The position numbers and the translations under genes are program-made. This document shows, piece by piece, positions 43,564 through 54,678 of a stretch of DNA of 64,000 nt. This stretch comes from Nitrospirota bacterium (GTDB taxonomy: Bacteria; Nitrospirota; JACRHJ01), in assembly GCA_963733375.1 (NCBI GenBank), contig CAVTDB010000009.1, positions 96,001 to 160,000 of the forward strand, written 5' to 3'. The notes under the pieces are model-generated. The model did no database searches. It saw nothing but the letters and a program-made list of their open reading frames with translations, and had not been told where the DNA came from. The stretch's first letter is position 1. Each line of letters opens with the position of its first letter.

Positions 43564-45542
43564 TTAGTACCAGTTCGGCGTGGTCCTGTTGAAGTGGCAC
43601 TTCGCGTTGGAGCACTGCGCCGAGGAGCCGACCGTGTGGTTGATCACGGAGAAGCCCGTGGCAGCTTTGCTCTGTATGCGGGTGTCAGCTCCGGTGTACG
43701 CCTGCGCGACGGTGACTTTGTCCATGTGCGTGATGCCGTAGTGGCACTTGCCGCACTTGGTCGTGTCACCCGTTACGCCCGCGTAGGTGTCGCCCTTCGC
43801 ATTGTACGCGCCGGCTCTGCTGAGGTGCTTCAACTGGCCAGCCAGACCAAGTACGCTGGTAGCCTCGTTGAAGGCGGACCTGACAGAGTGACCGTTCGTG
43901 GACGCCCAGTCAAGAGCAGCGCCAGGATACTCGTGGCAGGTCGCGCAGCCGGTTCCACCACCACCAGCTATCAACGTCTCCAGGGTCTCCTGCGTATTGA
44001 CGCTGTCCCAGAGCGGGGACGTGATTACGTGGCATCTGTTCGTGCAGGTGCCGTGGGTCGTAATCGTACCAGCGCCCGACCAATTCGTACCGGACTTGTT
44101 GGTAAACGTGCTGGGCCCGATACCGGCGGCGCCGTTCAGGACCGGCAGCTGGATGATGTTAACCACGCCAAGGGCGTTCGTATGCAGGCCGGTATAGACC
44201 ACGTGGCAGTCGTTGCAGGACGGAAGTCCGTGCGCGCCAACTCCTATCTTGTACGCAGAGATCTCCTCGAAGTGGAGACTGTGTGCGAAGGACAGCGGCC
44301 TGGTCGCGCTCTGATTGGCAGCCAAGGTAGCAGTGTGGTTGTGGCAAGCCTCGCAACCCGTGCTGGTGCCGCCCGTCGGCGCCGCGCCATTCCACGCCGG
44401 GTTGTTCAGCATCTTGACCGACTTGTTGAAGTGACAGTTGTTGGTGCAGCCGATGTTACCGGAGTTACGGTCGGTTGCGGACGCTACGCTCGGCGTCGCA
44501 CTGGTCGTATTCGTCCAGAGGCCGGTTATCATGCCGCCAACAACCGCGTTCGCGGACACGACATTGGTACCGTCGGTGGCGTGCGGGTAGGCCTTACCGT
44601 AGCCGTTAGTGCCGTGACGCCCCAGTCAAGCAACCTTCCATTAACACCCCTGACGAGGGTCTCCGGGCCGCCCTGGCCCCTGTTGTCCGGATGGCAGGCC
44701 TGGCAGACGGCGTTGGCAACGCCTGGTTGCTGCTGACGTCCACGCTGTTCTGCAGGCGGACAGTGGTGCCGTTTACGAAGATCTTGATGCCGCCGGTTCC
44801 AGGCGCGGCAAATTCGCTGCTCGAACCGCCCAGGGTCAGGTGAGGGTTATGGCCGTAGCTGGCCGGGGCAGACAGGCCATAGCCTGCGCCGGAGCCACCG
44901 ACATTGGTGGCGTCGCCGTGGCAGGAATTACAAGTCAGCTTTACGGAAGCCGAGGTGTAGTTGCCCCACGGAGCGGGGTTCGTTGCTGTGGTGCCCTTGT
45001 GGCAAGCCGGGGTACAAGTACCGGTGCGCGGCGCGGTCTCCATCGAGGTGAGGAGTTCGGCCTGATGCTCATGCCGCCCTGGTCGGAGTAGTACAGCAGG
45101 ACCTTGAGGGGAATGCCGGGGTTGAGTATCCATCGCTCCGCCGGAGGTGCTGTAGTCGCGGTCGATGGTGGACCACTGCAGGAAGCCGCTCTCATGGTTC
45201 GGTGGTTGTCAGCGTGGCAATTACCGCATACGCCGCTGCCATTCGTGCTGTTGCCCGGGCCATAGGTCACCGAAAAGTAGTTCATGTGGATGCCGTGCAG
45301 TCCACGGTCGTTGTCGTACGACGGCGTGAGGTGGTCTGATACGCGGGAACCGCCCTGGGGTCGCTCGAGGGCAGGGCCCTTGCGTCAACAGACATGCTGC
45401 CGCTTGCGCCGGTCGAAGCGTTGTTGAAGATCGCACCATGGCACTCGCCGCAGCTTATGGTCGCTGCGGAGGCCATCCCGGCCAGACCCAGCGTCAGGCC
45501 CAAGGCCATGACCACGGTCAATAACATTTTCATTTTACTCAT
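43564..45542 (-). CDS. Secreted multiheme c-type cytochrome, about 12 heme motifs (frameshifted)
   Basis: Signal peptide with GGAGG SD; CGECH, CGNCH, CTPACH, CNSCH, CQACH, CTNNCH, CEACH, CNDCH, CTNRCH, CATCH, CGKCH, CSNAKCH; ends TPNWY. Confidence 0.87.
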
Positions 45543-45729
45543 TTCAAAACCTCCAGTTAGTAAAAAAACTCCAACAGACAATGAACGACAAAAAAACCCT
45601 TTTTACCCCTTTTTCATCACCCCTTTCATATTGTTGATTTTTGTTAACTCCATTTCACCTTTAACACAGTTCGGAGTATTTTCCTCCCCTTTTTCATCAC
45701 CCCTTTACAATCAAAGATTTTTATTATCA

Positions 45730-47924
45730 CTAATACCAGTTCGGGGTCTCCCTGTCGAAGTGGCACGTGACATGGTAGCACTGCGCGGTCGCCTTGAACG
45801 AATTACTGCTGACAATGAAGTCGACTTCTCGAGGCCCCGTTCCCGTCGGGGCCACTAGATAGTCTCGTTCGTGTGGTCTCTCGCGCTCGCCAGGTGGCAC
45901 TTCCCGCACAGGTTCTTATCTTCGTCACGTTGGGGAGGTATCCTTGTACGTGTCGTAGGCCGAGGCGGCGTTTAAATGCTTGATTGCGCCGGATGTGGCG
46001 TTAATTACGCCGGTGCCCAGGAGAGTGATGGTGCTCACTTGATCGGAGGAGGACCTGACGCAGTGGCCGTTTGTAGTTGGCCAGTCGTTAGGCGGGGAGC
46101 CGGGATATTCATGGCAGGTGTCGCAGGCCAGGCCGTAGGGTCCGTTGCCGGGGTTCCCCGCCCAAGCCTGGTGCCAGTCGTGTTATGGCATGCCACGTTG
46201 GTGCAGGTGTCGTCGGCGGTATTAACTTTGCCTATCGTGCCGCCGTCGTAGAATGTCCCCCCGTTCCAATAGGTCGTGGAAGAGGTATCGATATTGGCGG
46301 TGTCCAGTCCCTCCGGATGCGTAGTGCCGGGCTTGTTCCCGTGGCAAGTCTGGCAGATGGCGAGCCCAGACAGGCCGGGGAACTTGTTCGGGATAAAGAT
46401 CGGGAAATGAGCGGCGAGTTGCCGGTATCGTTGTTCAAGCCAGCGGGCCCGTATACGCCGCCGACGCCCGGCGGGAAGCCGTGGCAGGCGTCGCAGGTGC
46501 CGCCACTCGACTGGAAGCCGTCGATGCTTGTGGCAGATCGGTGCAGTCACCTCCGGTGTTGTGGCCCATGCCGGTCCAGTCGTTTCCGCATGTGGTTGGC
46601 TGTCACCGTATGGCAGACCTCGCAGATGCCGAAGCCTGTGTCCGGGCCGAAGCCCGGCGCCGGTGAAGTTCTGGAAATTAACGGCCTTGCCGTTTATCAC
46701 GTTCTTGATGAGCATTATATTGGTTGAGTTATGCGTGGTATGGCAGTCAAGGGATTCCGTCGCCGGTTCGGTGTTGGCCGTATGCAGATCGCGCCGTCAT
46801 GTATATTTACCGAACCGGACTGAGACGAATAGCCGTTCAAAACCGTCTTATGACAGTCGCTGCACAGCGCCGTGCCGCTTGACTCCCTCATCAACTGACC
46901 GTTATTCGAAGGGGCGTTATGCTGTTTATGGCAGGAGGTGCAGTAAACCTTGCCGCCCTCTATGTATGCGTTCCCTTGTGCCTGAGGCGTGTTGGTGTTA
47001 TTCAGGCCATTGGTATAGCCGAACAGAGCACTCCGGGTGGTTGCTCGTGACGCCGGTTCCGGGCGCATGGCTGGCTGCCAGCGACACGCGGTCGGCATGG
47101 CAGTCCACGCAGACGGCGTTGGCGGTGTTGTCGTCCCTCAGATAGGGCTCGCCGATATCAACGTTAATATAGGTGTTGCCGGGCTGGGCAATATTGAAGA
47201 CTACCAGGGCGGAGTTGTTCTTGTACGTGTACTCGGAGGGATCTACCAGAAACTGCTTCTTGGTCCGGCTGTTCGTAATCGTCGGCTGGTATCCGTTTCT
47301 GTAAACCCTTATATATTGGGCAAGGTATTGCTTGGTCGATGAAACGCTGATCTGATACCTTTTATTGTCTGATGTGTTGGTAGCGGCATAGTTGAAATTC
47401 TCAACGGTTTTCTTCATGGCCTGGTGGCAGGTCTGGCAGCGGACTCTCATAGGAAGTATTGTTAGGAGCAAGGACTCATATGGGCCGTGCCGTCGATGAT
47501 GTTCCCGTTGTAGTCCGTCTTGAAGCCCGACAGGGTCGGAATTCTCGTCCCGGCAGTCCCTATCACGCCGTTCCAGCTATGGGAATTGCCCATGGACGTG
47601 GCGTTTATGAGGATTATTCCAGTGACGTTCAGGTATTTGTTGGTGGAGGCCGTCCCCGGGTTCTTCTGGTGCGCCTCGCCCGCCAGTTGTGGCAGGACAG
47701 GCAGAAGCCGGTATAATCGGTGGCGAGGCTGTCCTCTATGTCACTTGGCAAAAATGTGCTCTTCGGGATGGAGTGGCAGGCCGCTCCCCCGCCGTTGTTG
47801 CACGAGTTATCGGTATAGCCAGGGCGGTAATCCCTGTGGGGGCTGTCGGCCGCCCTGGCTGAGCCATCAGCGCCATTATCAACACCGCAAGCGCTACCAC
47901 CACTGAGAATAAGGTCTTTTTCAT
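45730..47924 (-). CDS. Secreted multiheme c-type cytochrome, about 15 heme motifs (paired-CXXCH N-terminal part plus CxxxxCH-type C-terminal part; many frameshifts)
   Basis: Signal peptide; CNNGGGAACH, CLSCH, CQTCH, CVDCH, CTSCH..H...LCSDCH, xDCH and CTxCH (both broken by indels), CEVCH, CDACH, CQTCH, CTNVACH, CDTCH, CGKCH, CYHVTCH; ends TPNWY. Confidence 0.82.
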
Positions 47925-48104
47925 ATTCCACACCACCTTTTGTAAGAGTTAATCCTTATAAACATAAATGCCTGAAAATACTATATTTTTTAAATTTAAA
48001 TCCGGATGATTCCTCTTAAAAAGCTCAGGTCTATTATGTATAAAATAAAATAAAACACTTTATAGCAAAATACACAAAGACCTGATATTTCAACGATTTA
48101 TAAT

Positions 48105-48120
48105 TGCAACATGCATACCG
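48105..48120 (-). promoter_or_regulatory. Sigma54 (-24/-12) promoter upstream of the cytochrome cluster
   Basis: Minus strand CGGTATGCATGTTGCA has GG-N8-TTGC spacing and lies about 180 bp upstream of ATG 47924. Confidence 0.6.
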
Positions 48121-48397
48121 TCCAGACCAATCCGAGCTTGATGAATGCATGTTAAAATCGCACTTGATGCTAAGGCTGGGAAATATAATGGAAATTTTTT
48201 ATTAAAAAAAAAAGGCGTCGATAAAATATTTAAAAAAAAACCGGATAGAACGAAATTTCGGGTCAAAAACGCAAAAAAAATCCCGGAAAAATTGTTCCGG
48301 GGAATCTAAAGCTTCTTTTCGCGCAAATCCAGAGCGGGGCTTTTGAGCAGAACCGCGCATGCAGTCCTTCGGCTTTTCCGGTTCAGCTGCCCCGGCT

Positions 48398-49066
48398 CTA
48401 ACGGCCAGCGTCCAGCACCACGAACCCTTTCCTTATCGCGTACTTTACGAGTCCCGCCGTATCGTGTATATCGAGCTTGCTCATAATATGCGCCCTGTGG
48501 GTCTCTACCGTTTTTACGCTTATATTCATAAGGTTACCAATTTCATTATAACTATAGCAAACCGCGATAAGCTGAAGGACTTCCTTCTCGCGGTTCGTCA
48601 GCTTGTCCGGTTCTCCCCTGGTCTTTTTATCCTCGTCTTCCCGCAGGTAGCTGTCCATGATCTTTCTGGAGATGACTGGAGAGAAGTAAGGGTTTCCGCT
48701 ATGGACAGACCGTATCGCCGTTATCAGCTCGCTTGCGGAGGCGTCCTTGATTAAATACCCGGAGGCGCCGGATTTGAGTATCTGGAAGACGTATTCCTCG
48801 TCTTTGTACATGGTAAGGGCAAGCACCTTCACGTCCGGGTTAAATCTCTTTATCTGTCTTGTCGCCTCAAGGCCGTTCAGTATGGGCATGGCGATATCCA
48901 TTATAACGACGTCCGGGGCAAGCTCCTGGGCCTTTTTGGCCGCTTCGCGCCCGTTCTCGGCCTCTCCGACGACCTGAAGGCCGTCCTGCGCCTCCAGAAG
49001 TGCGCGGAGCCCCTGCCTGAAAATCGTATGGTCGTCGACGATCAGAATCCTTATGTTTTCTTCCAT
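48398..49066 (-). CDS. NarL/LuxR-family response regulator (orphan in this window)
   Basis: ILIVDDH, MDIAMP, GYLIK and LTNREKEVL...SVKTVETHRAHIMSKL motifs. Confidence 0.96.
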   Translation of the reverse strand: MEENIRILIVDDHTIFRQGLRALLEAQDGLQVVGEAENGREAAKKAQELAPDVVIMDIAMPILNGLEATRQIKRFNPDVKVLALTMYKDEEYVFQILKSGASGYLIKDASASELITAIRSVHSGNPYFSPVISRKIMDSYLREDEDKKTRGEPDKLTNREKEVLQLIAVCYSYNEIGNLMNISVKTVETHRAHIMSKLDIHDTAGLVKYAIRKGFVVLDAGR

Positions 49067-49078
49067 GTGGCAGCCCCT

Positions 49079-50212
49079 TTATATCTCAAGTTTCCCGGAA
49101 TTTATTATGGTCTTTGTAATGCCGCCTCTTGAGACGTAAAGAGTGGGCTTGAAAAACACGAAGTCCTGATGGAAGGGAGTGCTGACGGTCCCGCCGAAAG
49201 AGCTGTTGTCGCCAAAGGCAAGGTGGATCGTCCCGAAGATTTTTTCCGATTCCAGCACGTTGTCCGGCTTCGTGGCCCGGTCGTTCGTGCCGATGCCAAG
49301 TTCGGCCAGGTTCCTGTTGCCTGAGGCGTTGTCGAGAGATGCGCGGAACTCCTCTACAAACGGTTCGTCTCCGTCCACCTCCGCCGCCCTCCCACCGCGC
49401 ACTTTTACAGTAACAGGACTTAAAAGCTTCCGGTCAGGCGCCCAAAAGAGTATCAGTTTCCCCTCGCCGGTTCCTTCCACGGGGGCCAGATATACCTCGC
49501 CCGCGGGGAGGTTCGAAAACGCGCCCGGCTCGCTCAGGATGCCGGTATCCACCATCGGCACTCTCCCCTTGATGCCGAATGTTATGTCCGTGCCGTCGGG
49601 GGTGGTTATCCTCACGCTATCGGCCCCGTCGATTGCCGCCGCGATGCGCCGGGAACGGGCCGCGACTTCTCCCCAGTCCGCTTCCATGGAGCCGAAGAGC
49701 ATGTCCTCTTCAAAAAGCGGCATGCTGGCGTACCTGGCCCCGGCTTCGGAAGTCAGAAGGTCACGGAAACGGGTGTGGCTGGTCGAGTAATTGGACAGGG
49801 CGACGACGACCGAGACCGCGGAGCTTTTCTCGGCGGATACGATATCCCTCGCCGCCCGGATATCCGCCGGCGATGCAGTTTTGAGCCTTATCTTTGAGAG
49901 CAGTCCCTTTTCATTCAGCGCCCGGACTGCGCACGCCCCGAAAGCAAGCTTCCAGAGCTCTTCACCCGGCTCGGTGCCGTGGCTCCCCAGGGCGGGGAAT
50001 TCGGAATAGACGGCTTCGACGCCGATTTCTCTTGCGGCGTCAACGGCGGCGCGGGCAATCCTGATAAGTCCCTTTCTTCTCAGGAGCCCGGTCTCGTCCG
50101 CCTTCTCCCCTTCAGCGACAAGGTCGGTAAACACCAGCACCCTGTCGCCCGGCCGGACGCTTAAATTGACCCGGTAAACCTTCTTGAGACGCTCTATAAT
50201 CTCACTCGACAT
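49079..50212 (-). CDS. M29-family (aminopeptidase T-like) metallopeptidase
   Basis: GTDITF, NLPAGEVYLAP, AELGIGTN, LESEKI.GTIHLAFGDN..FGG and HQD motifs. Confidence 0.88.
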   Translation of the reverse strand: MSSEIIERLKKVYRVNLSVRPGDRVLVFTDLVAEGEKADETGLLRRKGLIRIARAAVDAAREIGVEAVYSEFPALGSHGTEPGEELWKLAFGACAVRALNEKGLLSKIRLKTASPADIRAARDIVSAEKSSAVSVVVALSNYSTSHTRFRDLLTSEAGARYASMPLFEEDMLFGSMEADWGEVAARSRRIAAAIDGADSVRITTPDGTDITFGIKGRVPMVDTGILSEPGAFSNLPAGEVYLAPVEGTGEGKLILFWAPDRKLLSPVTVKVRGGRAAEVDGDEPFVEEFRASLDNASGNRNLAELGIGTNDRATKPDNVLESEKIFGTIHLAFGDNSSFGGTVSTPFHQDFVFFKPTLYVSRGGITKTIINSGKLEI

Positions 50213-50252
50213 AACCCGGCCCGCCTTTGTATTAAAAAGTGCAACGCGAAAA

Positions 50253-51229
50253 TCAATCTTCATCTCCCAGAAGTTCGAGGGCCTCGTTCGCCTTTGTCCG
50301 CACGCCGTCCGATTCGTAAACGTCCCCGGATATTTCCCGGAGCTGGCGCGCCGCATCCTTAAGCCGCAGGTTCTCTATCAGGTCGATCGCCTGCCAGCGA
50401 ACGCGCTCGCTGGCCGATTTAAGCTGGGCGATGAGCGGCTCGCCGATCCTGGGGTCCGTCGAATACTTCAGGGCTTTTATGGCGTTTAATATGACGCTGT
50501 CGTCCTTCTCGAAGTTAAGCACGTTGATGAGCGGCTCTACCGCCTTATCGCTTTCAAAAAGGCCCGCGGCCTCCGCCGCCGCCGCGCGCACCGAGGGGTT
50601 CTTATCGCCAGATAGCGCCGCGAGAAGAGGGTCCAGGGACTTATCCCCTTTATCTCCCCGAGGACGGTCGCCGCGGCCGTGCGCACTTCATAGCTTTCGT
50701 CTTTTTTCAGCGCCTGGATAAGCGCGTCTTGAAGAGCCTCGTCCTGGTGAAGCGGGTCCGGGTACCCCTCTCCGGGCTTTCCCAAGGACTGCGCCGCGTA
50801 CTGCCGCACGCGGGGCGAGGGGTCTGTCAACATGGCGTTTATGAGGGTCTTTTCCCCGCTCGCGTCCCAGAGACCGGACAGGGCCTCCGCCGCGCTCTGG
50901 CGTACCTCGCCGCTTTCGTCTTTCAGCGCCTTCAGATACGCCGGCATGGCCTGATTGTCCGATATCACGAGGAGCGCGCCCAGCGCGGCCAGCCTGACGT
51001 TCTCGTCTTTATCTCCAACCAGCATGGCCGAGAGAGCCGGGACGGCCGATTTCTCCTTCATGTCGCCCAGGCTCCTTGCCGCCGCCGCCCGCACCGCCGG
51101 GTCCGGGTCCTTCGTCGCCCCTGTCAACGCGGAGAGCGTTTCGGCCGTATGCGCGTCGCCCACGTCCGCATATGCCGCCGCGGAAACCAGGAGTATCAAA
51201 AGAGACAGGACGAATGACAACTTCTTCAT
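50253..51229 (-). CDS. Secreted HEAT-repeat (PBS-lyase-like) protein (frameshifted near 50640)
   Basis: Signal peptide; repeated D.D..VR.AAA..LG units. Confidence 0.88.
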
Positions 51230-51230
51230 A

Positions 51231-54200
51231 TCAGCCTTCTATTTTTTTCAGGGCCTTTTTCGCCTGAGGGGCCTTCACGCCGTCCGGATACGCGTCGAGA
51301 TATTTTTATATGCCGCCGCCGCCTTGTCCTTCTCGCCCAGACGCGCGTAGCTCTCCGCCACCTTGAGCATGGAGTCGGCCCTGTACGGGTTCTCTCCGAG
51401 TATCAGGCATCCCGTGTACGCGATTATCGCGGACTTGAAATCCGATTTTGCCTCCGAACATTCCCCGGAGATATAAAAACCCTTAGCCCGGACATCGAGG
51501 GTCTGGGAATGGTCCCCCGCCTTGTCCAGACAGGCGATTGCCTCGTCGTATTTCTTCTGCTCGAAGAAGGCCTCCCCCTTGCCGACCAGCGCCTCTCCGG
51601 CGAAATCGTTGTCCAGCGACGCGGTGTCGAATTCAGGCGCAGGCCTCAGGCCATTTTCCGGCTTTCGCCAGAAGCTTTCCCGCGTGCAGGGCCGAAGGGG
51701 CCCTCAGCCGCCCGCCCGCCGCCTCCGCGTCCAGGTAATCCTTTACGGCTTCGTCGTTCCTGTTCAACGCTTCGAGGGCCTCTCCCAGTTGAAAACAGGC
51801 GTCGGCCTTCAACGAACTGTCCTGGTTCAGACTGAGGAACCTCGCGAAAGCGTCCGCGGCCTCAGTGTTGTCGTTCGCGGCCATGCCATACTCGCCAACC
51901 TTGTACCAGGCGTCCGCCGCATGGGGGCCGTCCGGATATTTTATTGCCAACGACTTGAACGCCTCTTCGGCGTCCGCCGTCCGTTCCAGCTTTTCAAGAC
52001 CCCAGGCCCGCCCGTACTCCGCCTCCGGCAAGAGCTTATCCGTCTGATATTTCGAAATGAAAGACTCGTACGCATCGAGCGCGTCCTGGTATTTCTTCAG
52101 GTTATAGCAGCTGTCCGCATACCAGTAGAGCGCGCCGGGCGAAAGCTCCGGGTCCTGGGAGCCGGCTACCTTCTTCAGGCCCTCGGCAGCCGCCTCGTAG
52201 TCCTTCAGGTTCACCGCCGAAAGCGCCGCGAAATAACGCGCCTTCATTTCATCGGCGCTGCCGGGATAGCTCTGGACGAACTGGTCAAAAAGTTTTTTCG
52301 CATCGGCGAACTGCGACTGGTTGAACTTCAAGAAGGCCTGCTGGAATGCCGCTTCCTGGGCAAGGTCGCCGGAGCCGCCCTTTTTGAGCTGGTCGAGCAG
52401 GGCCTGCGCCTGTGCCTGGTCGCCCGTCGCCGTCATGGCCTTTGCGAGCGCGAGCTTCGCCCGGTTCCCGACGTCGCCCGAAGGGTCGCTGTCCGCGACC
52501 GACTTCAGGAGCGCCGCGCCTTTATCCGTCTCGCCCTGCTGGATCAGTATAAGGCCCCTCTGGTAATCCGCCTCTTTCGCCAGCGGGTCTTTGGGGTTCG
52601 CCTTCGAGAACATCCGCGAAGCCGCGCTTCCGCGTCCTTCGCGTTATTCAGCTTCAGCTCCGTCCAAGCCAGGGCGTATACCGCCTTCCTGGCGGGCTCC
52701 GCACCCGGTATTTCGCCAGCACGTCTTTGTACCGGGCTTCGGCTTCCGCGTATTTTCCCTGGTCGTACATCGCCTCGCCCGCGTCGAGCACGGCTTCCGG
52801 GACGAGCGAGCCGTCTTTCGCCTCCGCCGCGAGCTTGTCGAACGCGTCGAGGACGCCTGGTACTCCTTCAGCCCCATCAGCGACCATGCAAGGCCGTACA
52901 GGGCCTGGTCGCTGTGCGCCCCCGTCTGGGATATTTCTGGAGGTAGCTCGAAACAACTTTCCTTCGCCTTCGGATAGTCCTTGGCCCCGTAGCAGGATTC
53001 CGCCAGCCCGAAGAGCCCCTTCTCCTGATATTCCGGGGAGGAAGTCTGCGAAAGAAGAGCCGTAAAACCCTGGGCGGCCTGCGGGAAGTTTTCCTGCTCC
53101 AGGTAGTTCCGCCCTATGCCGAAGAGCGCTTCGGACTTGTTCGGGCTGTCCGGGTGATTCTTCAGCAGCCTTTCAGTACGTGTCTATGGCCTTATACAGC
53201 TCTTCGTGCCGCTCGTACGCCTCGGCCATCCCCAGCAGGGCGTCCTGGGCCAGAGGGTTCGTCCGGTATTTGTCCGCTATCTCCTCGAAGCCGGATATCG
53301 CGGGCGGGTAATCGCCAAGGTGCAGCTTGCACTGACGCACAGTAGGTTTTTCACCTCGACGCTATCCGCGATTCCTGACCCTGATGCTCCCCATCATCTC
53401 CACAAGGGCCTGCTCGGCCTCCTTGAACATCTTTGCCTGGTAATACGCCCAGGCCAGGTCGTACCTCGCGGTCTTTATGTCGGCTGGGTCCTTCGCCTTG
53501 GCGAGCGCCCGTTTGTACGCGTCCGCGGCCTGCTCGTAGTTCTTCATCCTGGCCCTTGCCTCGCCCAGCTGCATGCACGCCGTCACGGCGAGGTTGCCGA
53601 ATCCGGATACTCGTCCACCAGCCTTCCGAAGTTCTCCGCGGCCTCCTGCATGTCCCCAAGTTTAAAGCATCACAGCTCAGGCCGTAGAGGTCATTGGTCC
53701 CGTTCCTGGGCGTCCGGATATTTGGCAAGGATGCCGGTATATTTCCTTTTTCGCCTTCACGTAGTCTTTCTTCTGGTAATAGCTTTCCGCTTCGCGGGAC
53801 TCCGCCTTCCGGCAGCAGCTTGCTCGCGGCGTATTGATTGATGAACATGTCGTACTGTTTTATCGCGTCATCGAAAGAGCCCGTCTTGAAATAAGCATGA
53901 GACAAACCCAGCCTCGCGGCGGGGGCGTCCTCCGAATCCGGGGACTTCCGGAGGGATTCATCCAAGCGAGACTCTTCGCCTGCTCGTAATTCCCTACCCA
54001 GGAAATCGGCCTCGGCTATCCTGAACGCGGATTTTTCCCCGTACTTTCCCTGCGGGTAACTCGCCAAGCACGTGAGGAAATAACCCCTGGCCTTGGCGAA
54101 ATCGCCTTTCTGCACGTAACTCTCACCCGCCATGAAATTGCATTCCATCGCCTTGGGGCTGTCCGGGAACTTCGATACGGCCATGCCGAAGGCCTCCGCC

Positions 54201-54670
54201 GCCTTTTCGAAATCGCCGAGTTTAATATAGCTGTGCCCGGTCATATACAGCGCGTCACCGCGGATTTTTTATCGGGGTAGTGCGCGAAGGAAAGCCTTGT
54301 ACGCCTCCACCGCCTTCTCGTATTCCTTGAGGATATAATGGCAGTCTCCAAGGCGGAGCTTCGCGTCCGGCGCCTTCTCGGACGCCGGGTACGAGGCAAG
54401 CAGTTTCTCGAAGGTCTTCGAGCGATTCGCGCACCGAGCCCCTGGCGAAATCGGATTCGGCCAGGCCATCAAGGGCGTCGGCGACGTGCCAGTTCCAGCG
54501 GGGAACAAGCCGACGTATTTTTTGAACTGCTCAGCCGCCAGGTCATAGTCCGCGTTCTGATAGAGCTGGACCGCGGTCTTCATGATTTCGTCCGGCGTCT
54601 CGGCACAAACCAGGGTGGCGCTGGCCGCCAGATAAATCGACATCGCCGCAAGGATAAAAAGTTTTTTCAT
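51231..54670 (-). CDS. Giant secreted TPR protein (CpoB/BamD-like TPR pairs, about 1100 aa; many frameshifts)
   Basis: Signal peptide MKKLFIL...; recurrent ...YP.S..A.DA...LG..Y TPR units throughout all fragments. Confidence 0.82.
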
Positions 54671-54678
54671 AGACCCCT

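Noticed and set aside
47925-48397. c-di-GMP (GEMM) riboswitch upstream of the cytochromes, as in Geobacter
   Set aside because: I could not find the GGCAAAC...GAAA...GACGCAAAGC signature on the coding strand; an Rfam scan would be needed to exclude it fully.
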